Positions 1 through 13,971 of a stretch of 64,000 bases of DNA are shown here, piece by piece; positions within the stretch are counted from its first letter, which is position 1, and every line of letters begins with the position of its first letter. Origin of the DNA: Rhizophagus irregularis (taxonomy: Eukaryota); contig NC_089431.1 of NCBI RefSeq assembly GCF_026210795.1, positions 3,968,001 through 4,032,000 of the forward strand, given 5' to 3'. Made by a program: the position numbers and the translations under genes. A model generated the notes under the pieces. The model did no database searches and was not told where the DNA came from. It worked only from the letters and a program-made list of their open reading frames with translations.

Positions 1-719
1 TTTGGCTAACAAAAAAATTATTCAGTTTTCACATGATTTGCTAAAAATTTTATCCCATAATTATTAAGCAAGAAAGATCATTCTATATAAGTGCAATATC
101 ACCCTATGGGTGGGCGGGTGGCGCGTCACGTTATTGTTATGACTTGAAATGATTGACATGTCATGATAGGTTAACGTTAACTTAACGTTAACATAAGATT
201 AGTTTTTGAGTGATTTCCATTTTAAGATGCTGATCCCCCATCTTTGGTATTGATTTGCTGATTATATAAATACATTTCAAATCAAGCTTTTCTATTTTAG
301 TACGATCGGCAACCAACAAATCTTTTAGTGTTTTAAATATCAGCTGCGGAATTATTACAAAAAGTGATCATGTGGACATATAAACTATAAGATCTACACA
401 ATGCTAAGTATCATTGTTCAAAATATTTTTTGCCGTTTTTTTCGTATTTTCGCTAGCAATATATAACTTGGTAGTTTCGATTCCTATGATTTCTATAATC
501 GATTTCTATAATCGATTTCAATTTCATTTCATGTAATTCTTATTATTACATTAGTGGTTACCATATTAAAAAGTGACCAGAACAAAAATAATTGACCATT
601 AATTATTTGGAATAACTTTTTGAATATAATTTGTATGGGGGTTTCGGTTATATTCGGTTATTTTCGGTTTTTTGTTATAATTGATTAACAAATCATCTGA
701 TCACGCTAATTCGAAAACC

Positions 720-3030
720 CATTTAAAGATGAACTCTGAGCTCCCATCTTGCTCTTTTATCTATTGCTGGATGTGTATATTCACTTAAAAGATCACCTTC
801 CAAATTACTATTTGAATTTTCTCTCGATGCCTCTTCCTCCTCCATTCGTGCTACTACTTCTTCTATTAAAGTCTCATCCCATTCATTCAATTCTTACTCA
901 CAATACTCCGAATTAACAATATTAGTATTATCTTCAATATTTTCAATATCTTCAGGAATTTCAGAATATTCACTTCAGGATCTTCAACTTCAATTCCTTT
1001 TCTCTTAATGAAAAATTAATAAATGCACGAAGTTGACTCATTCCCAACACTTTATTATTCTATTAAAAACCATTTAATAAATAAATTCAATAAAAATCTC
1101 ATTTATTAAGTTGATTATTAATCCCATTTATTAAAAAGATAAAAAAATTACTTCCAGTCGTTAAAGATAAAAAAATTCCCGATCATTAAATCCTGATCAT
1201 TGCGATTGATACCATTCATTAATTTAACAATAAAAATTTCATTCCTTGATTTCAATCGTTAAAAATAAAAAATTCCATTTGTTCGTCAAATTCCGTTTAT
1301 TAAGTAAGAATAAAGGTTAAAAATAATAAAAATAAAAAATTTGTTAGTTAAAATAATAAAAATACGGTTAAAAAATAATTAAAAATAAAATATTAACTTA
1401 CCATTAATCGATTATGACGAACTGTATGTAAAAAACCCATAGATGACCACATTCTCTCAACTGAAGCTGCATTCACACATATTCCAAAAATTTTTAAAGC
1501 AACTGCATCCAGTTCGCTATAAGTACCTTCTATAAAAGATCAAAATTTAAAGACTTCATCTCCGAATTGTTCAAAAGTTTCATCATTAAATGGTTCAACT
1601 TTTCTACAAAAATCTTCGAACTCCAACAACAATCGCTTTGGTCTTAATAATACGTTTAATACCATCCCAAAGAAGTATATGAAAAATTATTAAGATCAGA
1701 ATTAAAATATTCTAGACATTTTGGATGAAGCATAAAAGAGAGTGTAATAACAGTTGCACCCATTGATCCCATCTCTTTTCTAGTCGATCGATCTCAGACA
1801 AAGTTTATCGGTGTTTGATGAACCAACTTGTGGACGTCATGACAAATTGCTAAATTCTATGAAAATAAAAAAATTAATTATATTAAGTAATTATATAAAA
1901 ATAAAAAGAGTATACTTACTAGTAAAGCTTGTTTAGATCAACTTAATAATAAAATAACTATTGTTTGCATTTTTAAAGTAAGCCGCAACTATAATATCAT
2001 TACTGGAGGTAATTTTTAAAGCCGAAGATTCTTTAAAAATGGCACTAATTGCTAACTGACATTGTGCGTAAAGCAAGGAAGAAATACAATTTCTGGAAAT
2101 TCTAATCGAAGACGCTGCCTATTACAGTATAATTAAATGTTAAATATAATTAAAATTAAAATTTAATAATGTATTGTTTATTACTAGATTAAAATATTTA
2201 ACTACTTACTTAGTACCAAGCTGCTGCATAAGCTGATGCACTATCAGATACTATTTGCATTAAGTTTAATATTTCAGTTAACCTACTGATTTCTTGAATC
2301 TTTTTGGCATAACTTCAATTAACCGTTCACGTTCATTGCTTATATCTGAAGCATCCCATATCAAAATTCGCTAGAAGAAGTTATAAACAATGATCCAAAA
2401 ATATGTTGATTTAAAACATTTTTCCATCCATCAAACGCTAATATCACCAATTTGATCATTGATTAATTTTTCATCTCTAAAAGTATTTAAATCTTTAGTT
2501 TATCTGTTTAATATGCGGTTAGATAAAGCTTTTCTTTTTTGGTAAAACAAGAAATGGGCTTAAATATTCAAAAAATTCTAAAGTTGCTGGATGATTAGCC
2601 CATTAAAATGGAAAGCCATTTGCTACTGACATTCTTAATAGAAGATGTTCAAATTTTGGTATTTCTTTTTTACTCAGTTTACGAATAAGATCGCCTTCAA
2701 TTGAATTTTTTTTTTTTTGAGTGATGGTTACGCGTAGATAATTTTGATATTGAAGAATATGATTTGACCGAAGCTTCTTCTGTTAACTTTAAATAAAACT
2801 TTCTACATATATCTTAGATATTTCAAAATCTTTTTTATGATTATTCTCACCAAAATTATTATTATTTTGACATTTTTGACTTTCCTTATTTTCTAGCTTT
2901 TCAACACATGCAATACATGCTGCAATTGCTGCATGAATTTTGTTTTTATATATTTAGTAAGGTGATGAGTTAGTCTAGATCTTTTCATTTTTTTTAAAGA
3001 CGCAAAAGTGTAAATCAGTTATCAAACATC
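720..3030 (-). pseudogene. Degenerate hAT-superfamily transposase relic
   Basis: Minus-strand fragments: LSPFLVLP..RKALSNRIL (~2510-2570), LAFDGWKNVLNQHIFG with the catalytic DGW (~2395-2440), ALKIFGICVNAASVERMWSSMGF of the hAT dimerisation domain (~1432-1500) and HPAIDKRARWEL (~738-773). Many stops and frameshifts; ends approximate. Confidence 0.75.
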
Positions 3031-3339
3031 TAACCGTTTAACTATAAATATTTTAATCACATATACGATTGCCAATTTTGGTAATAAACCGATTGGAAGC
3101 TTCCATTGGAAGATCCAATAACTACAGTATGTCCAATTCACCCCATTCGGGTGATCATCAAAGGTTATAACCTTACGATTTATGTCACAAATGCATAGGT
3201 TATAACCTTATATGGGCGGCCCATGGGCCATAATTTAATGTCACGTGACCCGATTTTTAATTCTGGCCTGACATGCGCAATTTTGGCATGTTAATTTTGG
3301 AACACGTTACATGCGCTAATTACTGTACATATTACCCAG

Positions 3340-4050
3340 ATGTAACATGCGGTAATTCAGATGCATGTTATTCATCTGTAACATGCGATAAATTGGGCGC
3401 ATGTTACCTATCTGTAACATGCAGTGATTCAGACGCATGTTACGGATGGGTAATATGCGTTAATTCTGGCGCATGTTACTCATTCATAACATGCGCTAAT
3501 TTGGGCGCATGTTACGCTTCTGTAACATGCGTTAATTCTGGCGCATGTTACTCATCCGTAATATGCGTTAATTCTGGCGCATATTACTCATCCGTAACAT
3601 GCGTTAATTCTGGCGCATGTTACTCATCCGTAACATGCGTTAATTCTGGCACATGTTACTCATCCGTAACATGCGTTAATTTTGCCGCATGTTACGCTTC
3701 TGTAACATGCGTTAATTCTGGCGCATGTTACTCATTCATAACATGCGCTAATTTGGGCGCATGTTACGCTTCTGTAATATGCGTTAATTCTGGTGCATGT
3801 TACTCATCTGTAACATGCGCTAATTTAGACGCATGTTACGCTTCTGTAACATGCGTTAATTCTGGCGCATGTTACTCATCCATAACATGCGTTAATTCTA
3901 GTGCATGTTACGCTTCTGTAACATACGTTAATTCTGGCGCATGTTACTCATCCGTAATATGCGTTAATTCTGGCGCATGTTACTCATCCGTAACATGCGC
4001 TAATTTGGTAGACAGCATTGGCGCATGTTCCCTACAGTAACATGCAGTAA
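3340..4050 (+). repeat. 36-bp tandem repeat array, left arm of the foldback element
   Basis: Unit GCATGTTAC-N6-GTAACATGC-GTTAATTCTGGC, roughly 19-20 copies; each unit holds a 9-bp inverted repeat. Confidence 0.9.
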
Positions 4051-4229
4051 CTCTAGTTTATATTCCTTACTGTAACATACAGTGATTTTAGTACATATTT
4101 TTATATCCAAAATACCAAATATTTAATACTGAGTATTATCAAAATCAATGCATATTATATTATAGAATATTGCATATTATGCATTAGAAATATATATAAC
4201 TTTATTAAAGATGGCTATTTTTTTAAAAT

Positions 4230-4770
4230 CAAAAAAATAATAAAACAATAAAAATAACAAAAAAAAAATAAACAAAAAAAATAAATAAACAAAAAAAAAA
4301 ATAAACAAAAAAAAAAATAAACAAAAAAAAAAATAAACAAAAAAAAAATAAACAAAAAAAAAAAATAAACAAAAAAAAATAAAAATAAACAAAAAAAAAT
4401 AAAAATAAACAAAAAAACAACAAAAAAAAAAATAAACAAAATAAAATAAAAATAACAAAAAACAAATGATTTGCATAATATATCATAGTATATTTTAAAA
4501 TTTATAAGTAATTAATTTTATGATCATGTAAATCACTTTACTGATGCAAATATAATAATCATTTGTTTTTTCTTATTCCTATATATTTAATTTTTTCTTT
4601 TTCATTTTTTATTTTTTTTTATTTTTTTTTTGTTAATTTTATTTTTTTTTTATTAATTTTATTTTTTTTTTATAATTTTATTTTTTATTTTTTTTGCTAG
4701 TTTTATTTTTTTTTGTTAATTTTATTTTTTTTTTTGTTAATTTTTTATTGTTTTGCTATTTTTTTGCTGA
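4230..4770. repeat. Low-complexity A-rich tract and mirror T-rich tract at the foldback centre
   Basis: (A)nTAAAC repeats at 4230-4470 and a T-rich counterpart at 4560-4770 flank a ~80-bp spacer. Confidence 0.85.
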
Positions 4771-5089
4771 AAATACTATTTCAAATAAATATAACAATTT
4801 AATATGAATTTTCCACTATAATATGTAGTAATCATGGCACATATTCCAGATGCTGTATATTATTTATTAATAAAATATGAAGTAATTTAGCATATATTCC
4901 AATGTAAATTTATAATGTATTTACAACAATTCTTGCATATATTCCTGATGTATAATATGCAATATTCTATAATATAATGCAGTGATTCTGGTAATACTTA
5001 GTTTAAATATTTGATGTTTTAAACATAAGAACATGTGTTAGAAATCAGAATCATTGTAGTAAGGAATATGCATCAGAGTTACTACTAGA

Positions 5090-5735
5090 AAACATGCGCC
5101 AGAATTAGTGCATATTACGGATGAGTAATATGTGCCAGAATTAATGTATATTACAGAAGCGTAACATGCACCCAAATTAGCGCATGTTACGAATGAGTAA
5201 CATGCACCAGAATTAACGCATGTTACAGAAGTATAACATGCAGCAAAATTAATGCATGTTACTCATTCATAACATGCGCCCAAATTAGCGCATATTACGG
5301 ATGAGTAACATGCACCAGAATTAACGCATATTACGGATGAGTAACATGCGCCTGAATTAACGCATATTACAGAAGCGTAACATGCACCAGAATTAACGCA
5401 TATTATGGATGAGTAACATGCACCAGAATTAACGCATGTTACAGAAGCGTAACATGCGTCTAAATTAGCGCATGTTACGGATGAATAACATGCACCAGAA
5501 TTAACGCATATTACAGAAGCGTAACATGCGCCCAAATTAGCGCATGTTACGAATGAGTAACATGCGCCAGAATTAACGCATGTTACAGAAGCGTAACATG
5601 CGGCAAAATTAACGCATGTTACGGATGAGTAACATGCGCCAGAATTAACGCATGTTACGGATGAGTAACATGCGCCAGAATTAACGCATATTACGGATGA
5701 GTAACATGCACCAGAATTAACGCATGTTACATCTG
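5090..5735 (-). repeat. 36-bp tandem repeat array, right arm (inverted copy)
   Basis: Reverse complement of the left array unit, roughly 18 copies. Confidence 0.9.
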
Positions 5736-7554
5736 GATAACATGTACAGTAATTAACGTATGTAATGTGTTCCAAAATTAACATGCCAAAATTGCGCATG
5801 TTGGGCCAGAATTAAAAATCGGGTCACGTGACATTAAATTATGGCCCATGGGCCGCCCATATAAGGTTATAACCTATGCATTTGTGACATAAATCGTAAG
5901 GTTATAACCTTTGATGATCATTTGGGGTGGTCCAATTTCAAAAAGATTTTGATTGGGAAGATCGGCATCTTTCAATAATTTCAAAATTTTCCAATTCTGA
6001 CAAAATGTTATTGGAAGCTTCCAAGAAGGCAAGAACATCACTGCTGGAGGGTACTGCAAAACTACTGCAAGTTATACACTACTGTAGTCCAACAAAGTAA
6101 TAATTGCATACATTGTTGATGTATTTATCCAACGCGCAGCACAAACCGAAGAAATCCTCCAGAAACCGATAGTCACGGGAAGAATCTCGAGGTCCCGATG
6201 GTCATAATAATTACCGTCAAAAAATGATAGAGTTGAAAATTTAATGGTAAGTTTTGTTTTCTGGGGTAAAAAAAAGACAGTTGATATAAATTTCAACTTA
6301 ATATTAATTGTGGCGCAGTTACTTCTGTCAAATTTAAGTCTTTTGGTTTCTGGTAACCGAATGTTGGAGTTAATTTACATAAATCTTTAACTTAAAGAAA
6401 TGAAAACGAATATAATTTTTAACACTGAAGTAAGAGGCAAAACTATGTCTTTGTATTGACACAGAATACACAAAATAAAAGAAATAAAAGTGAATATGTG
6501 ATTTTTTACGAAATATGGAGTTGAAAAGTGATGTGCTAGTGATTTTTACTGACTAGGTTAGAATTTTCTCGTTTTTTGAAATGTGAAAGGTATATTACAA
6601 CAAATGGCCCAACTAAATCGACATGAAGAAAGAAATATAGTTTAACACGCATGGCGATAACGATTGATCATTTATATTCGCTTGAGTTATTGATTAATCA
6701 CTACATGTGATCAATTAAACGTTGAATACGTGATCGAATATTATTATAAAGTTTCTTTAATTTCTATCATTTTTTTTTTATTATTTGAATGAAAATTATT
6801 ATTTCATATTTAATTTATAAGATTTAAATTCAATACAATAAAAAATTAAACTATTTAAAGAAACTTTATAATAATAAAATGATTTCAAAACTTCATTTTG
6901 ATTTTTATTTAATTCTAATGATGCAGATGATTTCAAGTTGAAGAGAAATAGAATCATGAATTGAATTTGTTAAGATCAAAATCTATCATCAAACAATTCT
7001 CCTTTAAAAAAAAAAAATTATTCTTCATGATTTACTTAAACGAGACGACTTCCCAGAAGTTACTGAATCATTTGAGATAGTTTAATTAAATAAGATATTA
7101 ATCGAACTCTTTATTGCTTGTGAAGTGAGAATAATGATACTGTGATAGAACTAAATTAAAGTTTATGAAACATTGAATGAAATCATAAACATATTATTCT
7201 GTTCACAAAATACGTAAAAACTTGTAAATTTAAATATAATGTTTCTAATACAAAGCTTTGTTAGGAAATCTTTAAAAAAAATTTTGGCGAAAGAACTTTT
7301 AGAAGAATAGAAAGCTTGAATTAAAAAAATTCAGAATTTCAATCGAAAAGAATCACCCCTGGCCAGAATTATGAATTTTGGCTTAAATTATACTTATTCT
7401 GGCCAGAATCATGTAAAAAGGGAATGCTAATTTCGCATGTATGCTGATCTGTTTGTGTACAATTACTCGTGTAACAGCAGCTGAAAAAAACGATATATAA
7501 CAGATAATTATTTTTTTTATTTATATATTTTTTTTTTTAAAAAAAAAAGTCATA

Positions 7555-9254
7555 ATGGAAGATATTAAATTCTTACCAAATTTATCACAAAATTTACTCA
7601 AAATTTTGAACGATGAAGAATATGATGATATTACAATAGAAGTTGGTAATGACCCTTATGTTAAAATATTTCGTGCTCATATGGTCATCCTAAATTACCG
7701 TTCTACTTATTTACAAAGAATTTTGTCAACAAATAAAAAGAAGAATGATGATACTTTGGTACATATTAAATTACCAAATATTTTACCAGAAAGTTTTCAA
7801 ATATTTTAAGGTAGGTGATAAAGTAAATAATTTTGTCGTTTTACACAATTTTACATATATTTTATTTTCGTATAAATATTTTTTATTTTAGGTATATTTA
7901 TGGAGGAAGGCTTTCTTTGGAGAAATGTGATCTTTAGATATTATTAAGATCTTGGTTGCTGCTAGTGAACTTAATCTTCAAGAATTAGTTGTTTATTTAC
8001 AATCCTTTTTGATAAAAAATAAAACTCATTGGATGGAACAAAATTTTAATTTGATATATCAAACAAGTTTTGAAAATATTAATTTCTTGGAACTACAAAA
8101 ATATTGTACTGACTTAATTTCTAAAGGACCAGATAAAGTACTTAAATCAATTAGTTTTTCTTCGATTTCAGAAAAACTTTTAATTTCAATTATTCAAAAT
8201 ACTAACCTTCAAATGAGTGGAATTCAAGTTTGGAAATATGTGATTAAATGGGGACTTGCTCAGAATCCTGAACTTCCTATTGATCCTGCAACCTTTTCAA
8301 AAGAAGATTTTAACGTATTGAAGAATACTTTACAACAAATTATTCCTTTTATTAAGTTTAATTATTTAACTCCTAGAGAATTTTCTGGTGAAGTATTACC
8401 ATATAAGAAAGTTTTACCAAAAGAATTATACAAAGATTTATTGAAAAAAATTTTAAATTTACATCCCGATAGCAAGTTAATTGATAACTTAATCGATTCA
8501 AAAATTATTAAATTTCAACATGCTGAATTAATCTCAAAATGGATTGATAAATTAGATATTACAGATGAGTTAACTTCTTCATATGAATTCAAATTAATTT
8601 TTCGTGGATCTCGTGAAGAGTTTTCTATTGATAAATTTCATGAAACCTGTGATAATCAATCTTGCACTGTAACAGTTGTTAAAGTGAAGAATAGTAACGA
8701 AATTCTTGGAGGATATAATCCAATCGAGTGGAAATCTAAATATAGTTACGGCGTTACTAAAGATAGTTTTATATTCTCGTTTGATAGTGGTGATGATATT
8801 AATAAACATATTTTAAGTCGGGTTAAAAATAAAAAGTCTGCCATATTTAATCATCATACTTATGGTCCTTCATTTGGTGGCACAGACCTTATTTTGCGGT
8901 ATGATGGTTGTTATTGTAAAAAAGATAGTTATGAAAGACAAATCAGAAGAAATGATACGACCTCTTCAGGTATGAAGTTTCCTTATTATTAGATAATTTT
9001 ACTTTCTATAAATTATTTATAGACTCTTTATAAATCTTGCAGAACCCTCTTATCTTGAATTATTATGTGATTGCTGTGATGATATTATCCATGGAATGAG
9101 ATGGAAGTGTACAACTTGCCCAGATTATGATTTATGTCAAAATTGTAAACCTAAATCAAATTTTCATAATCATCCAAGTAATCATGTATTCAAACTTACT
9201 TGTGAATTTGCTATAGAAGAATATGAATTATTTCAAATTATAAAACATAAATAA
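7555..9254 (+). pseudogene. BTB/POZ-BACK-TLDc protein with a ZZ zinc finger; two apparent 1-nt frameshifts
   Basis: BTB motif DITIEVGNDPYVKIFRAHMVILNYRS and TLDc motifs ILGGYNPIEW and GPSFG. Introns at ~7811-7891 and 8970-9042. Frameshifts near 7805 and 7932 relative to the paralogues (could be sequencing errors). Last exon encodes CDCC...WKCTTCPDYDLCQNC...HNHPSNH then FAIEEYELFQI. Confidence 0.8.
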
Positions 9255-10620
9255 ACGAAAATTTTGATTGGTTATGTAGGTAAAAAATAAATAAATAAAT
9301 AAATAAAATGAAACATTTATTTATTAGTCTAAATCTCTAGAAAAATATATTATTAAAGGAACTCAATTTTAAAAATTGTAACAATTATTATGAAAAAAAT
9401 TGGGGAAGAAATGTAAAGAAAGTTAATATGTCTGCTAATATTATTAAAATAAGTTAACGTATAAAATCACACGATTTTATTCTAATTTAAATTAGTTTAT
9501 TTTACTTAACAGTTAACTAGTACGAATGTATAGTATGATAATCAGTTCAGGTAAGGCATAAGGATTATAATGCTTATAGAAGGTTCATGATTTTTAATTA
9601 TATTTTCTTCGACAATTAATAGATGTATATTTATTTAGCCACTATGCATTAAAGTAATATGATATTCTTTTAAGCTGATATTTTTTTTCTATGGTAAATA
9701 CTCTTTACTTATAGGCTTAAATATACATCGGCAAGTTGAATAAACTTAAAGGGCCTTTATAAATCGTCCAAATAAAAAAAAATAAAAAATAAAAAATAAA
9801 AAAATACAACTACACGCATGCAAATGTGGGGAGATACAAAAGAATATGATTAAATTATGAAAAGCTTTATCTTCTTTGGTTTAAACAACTTAATTTATCC
9901 AAAAAATAGGTATTTTCAAATTCCGTCAAAATTTTTCGATAGTCGGTACGATTATTTTTAACCGCCTTTAGAACTTATAAATTGTCCAAGGCTCAGCTAG
10001 TTCTTTTTATGTTGAACTTATATTTAAAAATTAAATAAGAAGGATAAAATTTCAAAAAAAGGTCAATTAGACGAACCAATAGTTTAACTAGCAAAATCTT
10101 TGCCAACAGCCAACTTCAATTGTTAACATCATAACATTCGTCGCCTTTTAAAATTTATGATAATTTCGGTAAAAATGTATATCGTGATTTTGGCAAAATT
10201 TCATACCTAATGAAAAAAAATAAAAGCAAATTACAATACATTGACAGATTTTTTTTAGGCATCAAACTCCACCAGACCGGGAATTTTCTTAAAAAATCTC
10301 AAAGTATTTAAAATTCAATAGAATAGACAAATTCATGATAGCTTTAATAGAACACTTTATTGAAAACGCACACAATGATATTACCTCCTATTATTATTTA
10401 AACGTGAATATTTTTTTGAAAAGAAAAAAAAAACGGCTATATTGTGTGAAAAAGATAATATTTCGTAAATCTTGTAAATGAAAATAGAGCTATTAAGGTG
10501 TATATCACTATAAAGTTATAATTTGATTAAAAACTTATAATAGACAGATAAAATTACTGGAAAGATTTTTTAAACAATAAAAGGCAAAAATAACTTGTTG
10601 TGAAACTTTGTCATGTACTA

Positions 10621-12280
10621 TTATATAATTTGAAATACTTCATATTCTTCTACAGAAAATTTATCAATACTTGTTCTGATCGGTTTATCATAGGATGATT
10701 GCTTACAAAAACTATTATTAAAACCATAACCTCCACGCAAAATAAGATCACTCTCTCCAAATGATGGGCCGCGTTGAGTGTGATTAGATATGGCAAATTT
10801 TCTTTTCCATACACGACTCAAAACATGATTCTCGATACTTTTATTTTTATCAAAAGAGAATATAAAACTATCGAAGGTGGTGTCATAGCTACTACCAAAT
10901 TTCCATTCAATCGGATTATATCCTCCAAGAATTTCGCTACTATCCTCTACTTTAATAACAGTTACAGTACGAGATTGATTTTCACAGACTGCACGGAAGT
11001 CCCTATCAGTAAATCCATTAATAGATCCACGGAAAATTAATCTGAATTCATATGAAGCAATAACATTCAATCTATTAATCCATTCTGAGATTAATTTAGC
11101 ATGTTCTAATGTGATAATTCTTGAATCAATCCTGTTAGTATTTTTTGGCCTGGTTTCATTAGACATCCGTCGGGTAGTTGGGTTAACGATCGGAATAGTT
11201 GGGTTAATGGTCGGAATATTTCCAGCATTTATCGACTCAGTTTGAATCTTTTCATGTGTTTTAGCTTTAGGTTTAATCTCTTTAGTCTCCTCCGGTTCTT
11301 TAGTCTCCTCTGGTTCTGGTTGATCAACTGGTTTACGATCATGATCCAAAAAAAGTTTTAACAATTCTATAAATAATTTCTCAGGTAGAATTTCTCTATA
11401 AGGAAATACATTTTCTAAAAATTCTTTTGAACTAAAATTATCAAACTTAATTAAAGGGATACATTGTTGTAAGGTATTTTTTAATATACTAAAATCATCT
11501 ACAGAAAAACTTTCAGGTTCAGAAGGTAATCCCGGATTTTGATCGAGTCCCCATTTAAGAACATATTTCCAAACTTGAACTTCACTCATTTTAAGGTTAT
11601 CATTTTGAATAAGTAAGATTAAAACTTTTTCTGGAATTGAAGAAAAATTAAGTGAATTAAATATTTTATCTGGATTCTTGGATATAAGATCATTACAATA
11701 ATTTTGAAGACCCAACAAAGAATCATTTTCAAAACTTGTTTGATAAATAATGTTAAAATTTTTTTCCACCCAAGTTGCGTGCTTATTGATCAAAAAAGAT
11801 TGTAAATGATTAACTAATTCTTGAAGATCAAGTTCGCTAGCGGCAACTAAAGTTTTGATGATATCTGCTACATCATACCCTTCAAAAGATAATCTCCCTC
11901 CATAAATATATCTAGAATAATAATAAAAAAATTAATATTAAATAAATAAATAAATAAATAAAAGAAAAATTTAAAAAAAAATTAAAATAAATAAATTTTT
12001 TAATTAATTAAAATTCTTACCTTAATACTATTTGAAAAATTTCAGGTAAAATATTTGGTAATTTAATATGTGTTAAAGTTCCATCATCACTTTTATTTTT
12101 ATTAGTTGATAAAATATTTCGTAAATGAGAAGAACGATAATTTAATATATTCATATGTGCACGGAATATTTTTACGTAAGGGTCACTACCAACTTCAATT
12201 GTAATATCATAAAATTCTCCATCATCTAAAATTTCAAGTAAATTTTGTGATAATTTTGGTAAAAATTTATCATCATCCAT
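10621..12280 (-). CDS. BTB/POZ-BACK-TLDc domain protein (2 exons: 12280-12021, 11911-10621)
   Basis: MDDDKFLPKLSQNLLEIL...RAHMNILNYRS; GT-AG intron in the ILR|YIYGG junction; TLDc ending FSVEEYEVFQII; frame intact. Confidence 0.9.
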
Positions 12281-13971
12281 TATAACTGGTTCTTTTTTTT
12301 TTTTAAAAAAAAAAAAAGAATAAAATAAATTTTAATTAATTTTTAATTTTGTCAATCATATTTATATTTAGTTTGTGCGGCGTGAAAACGTAATAATACG
12401 GCCGCACGGGATATTAAGATTGACGGTAACACCCGAAAATGATCGATATTGCGGATTTATATATTTAGGCCAATCCTTAATCTAATGCCGGCCATTATGG
12501 AATTTTTTCGGCTCTGGAGTTGCTGATCATACTACATGAAGTAAATAATTAATTAATCGAATTTGAATCCATCTACCATTTTATGGAAAGTTGTACTACT
12601 TTGGTTGGAATTTGGAAATTGATTTGTTTTTTAAATGATGGACCGTAATGAAGATTGCACATTATTTATATAAACGTAATATTCTACTATCATTGATAAT
12701 AACATTAAGTCAGAGCTGGATTATATCCTGCATTAATTTATTAACAATTTCATAGTTGTTATAAATAGAATGCTGATTAAATACAAATTACGTGAAATTT
12801 GCTAGGCGTCAACACACGAAGCATTATTTCATTTATTTGAATCATATGAAAATGTTAACTTGTCCGTAGCAACTAATTTATCATCCCATTTTGAAATTCG
12901 TTCGGTATTTTTATTCATAATTTTTGTAATATAATTATCATAAACATTTTCGCACGATTCATTCGATAAAATTGTTTTGCAAAGTAATACCATTCAGAAA
13001 ATTCTTTAAAAGTTATCAATAAAAGGAACATATTGTTGTCATGCATTTTTTTTAATAATTGAAATCATCTTTTAAAAAGCTTATAATAGGATCAGGGATG
13101 TTGAGCGAATTTCCATTTAAAATTTTCTCGTCAAGGTTGAATTTTAAATATTTGGGATAATAATTTTGAATAAACAAGATTGTGATTTTAATGTTTTACT
13201 CATATTAAATCAGTACAATATTTTTTTTTTCATTTCCAAGAAAGATATTTCGAAACTTGTTTGATTTATCGATATTAAAAAATTTTTCGTCCAGTTTGCA
13301 TTATTTTCAGCTAAATAATTCATGAGGATTGAGTTATGAAAATCAATTTGCATAAATTTACAGTACCTATAACATAAATATTAAAAACACACATCTAAAA
13401 AACAGTGTAATAGTAACCTTACGGACACGAAAAGTTTTCGTATAATACACAAAAAAATAGTTCTCGTCGTAATAAATTTATAAGTTTCCAAATTAAATTT
13501 TTAAATTTTGTGCTAAATATATATTTTACAGTTTTTTAATAACCATATCATACATCATCAATTTATCAATTTAGGCGCTTGCTAATAGTTAACATGTTAA
13601 ACTAAATTAATTTATGAGCTTATTTTGTTTAGTCATTAGTTTTATATCCAAATTGTAAATACTTTGAGTACTTTATTTATTCTCAAATACAATTATTTGT
13701 TGTAAAATTAAATAAAAAATAACGATGCCTAATTATTAATTATTAATAATAAAATGTTTTGATAGTAAAATATGTAATAATCAGTAAATACAGTAGCTAG
13801 ATAAGAGAATCACATGTGCTTTATAAAAAATAAATAGACTATAGATATGGGAAATCATATGTTATAAATACCTTATCCGACAAATGGTTCATTTTAAATA
13901 AATATAAAAAATATTATTTCTACACAAACACCTAAATTAATGCAACTGCGTCATATTATTGTTATACCTAC

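Larger units (their letters stand above)
3139..5929. mobile_element. Foldback-type non-autonomous DNA transposon, ~2.8 kb, with ~1.3-kb inverted arms
   Basis: Termini CACCCC...GGGGTG. Perfect 8-bp TSD GTCCAATT at 3131-3138 and 5930-5937. 3152-~4475 is the reverse complement of ~4557-5920, near-identical at the outer ends and diverged inward. Confidence 0.9.

Noticed and set aside
3273..4040. 255-aa Cys-rich repeat ORF (and mirror ORF 5263-5799)
   Set aside because: Translation of the 36-bp repeat in the foldback arms. The unit lacks stops in one frame, there is no signal peptide, and the DNA symmetry explains the pattern. Expression cannot be excluded.
4177..4486. Phe-rich membrane-like ORFs
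   Set aside because: Artefacts of the poly-A low-complexity tract.
3340..5735. CRISPR-like array of palindromic repeats
   Set aside because: No unique spacers (only a few recurring 6-nt loops), no cas genes, eukaryotic context.
10774..11040. Recurrent antisense ORFs over TLDc (also 8594, 23587, 59590)
   Set aside because: Shadows of conserved paralogous coding sequence on the opposite strand.
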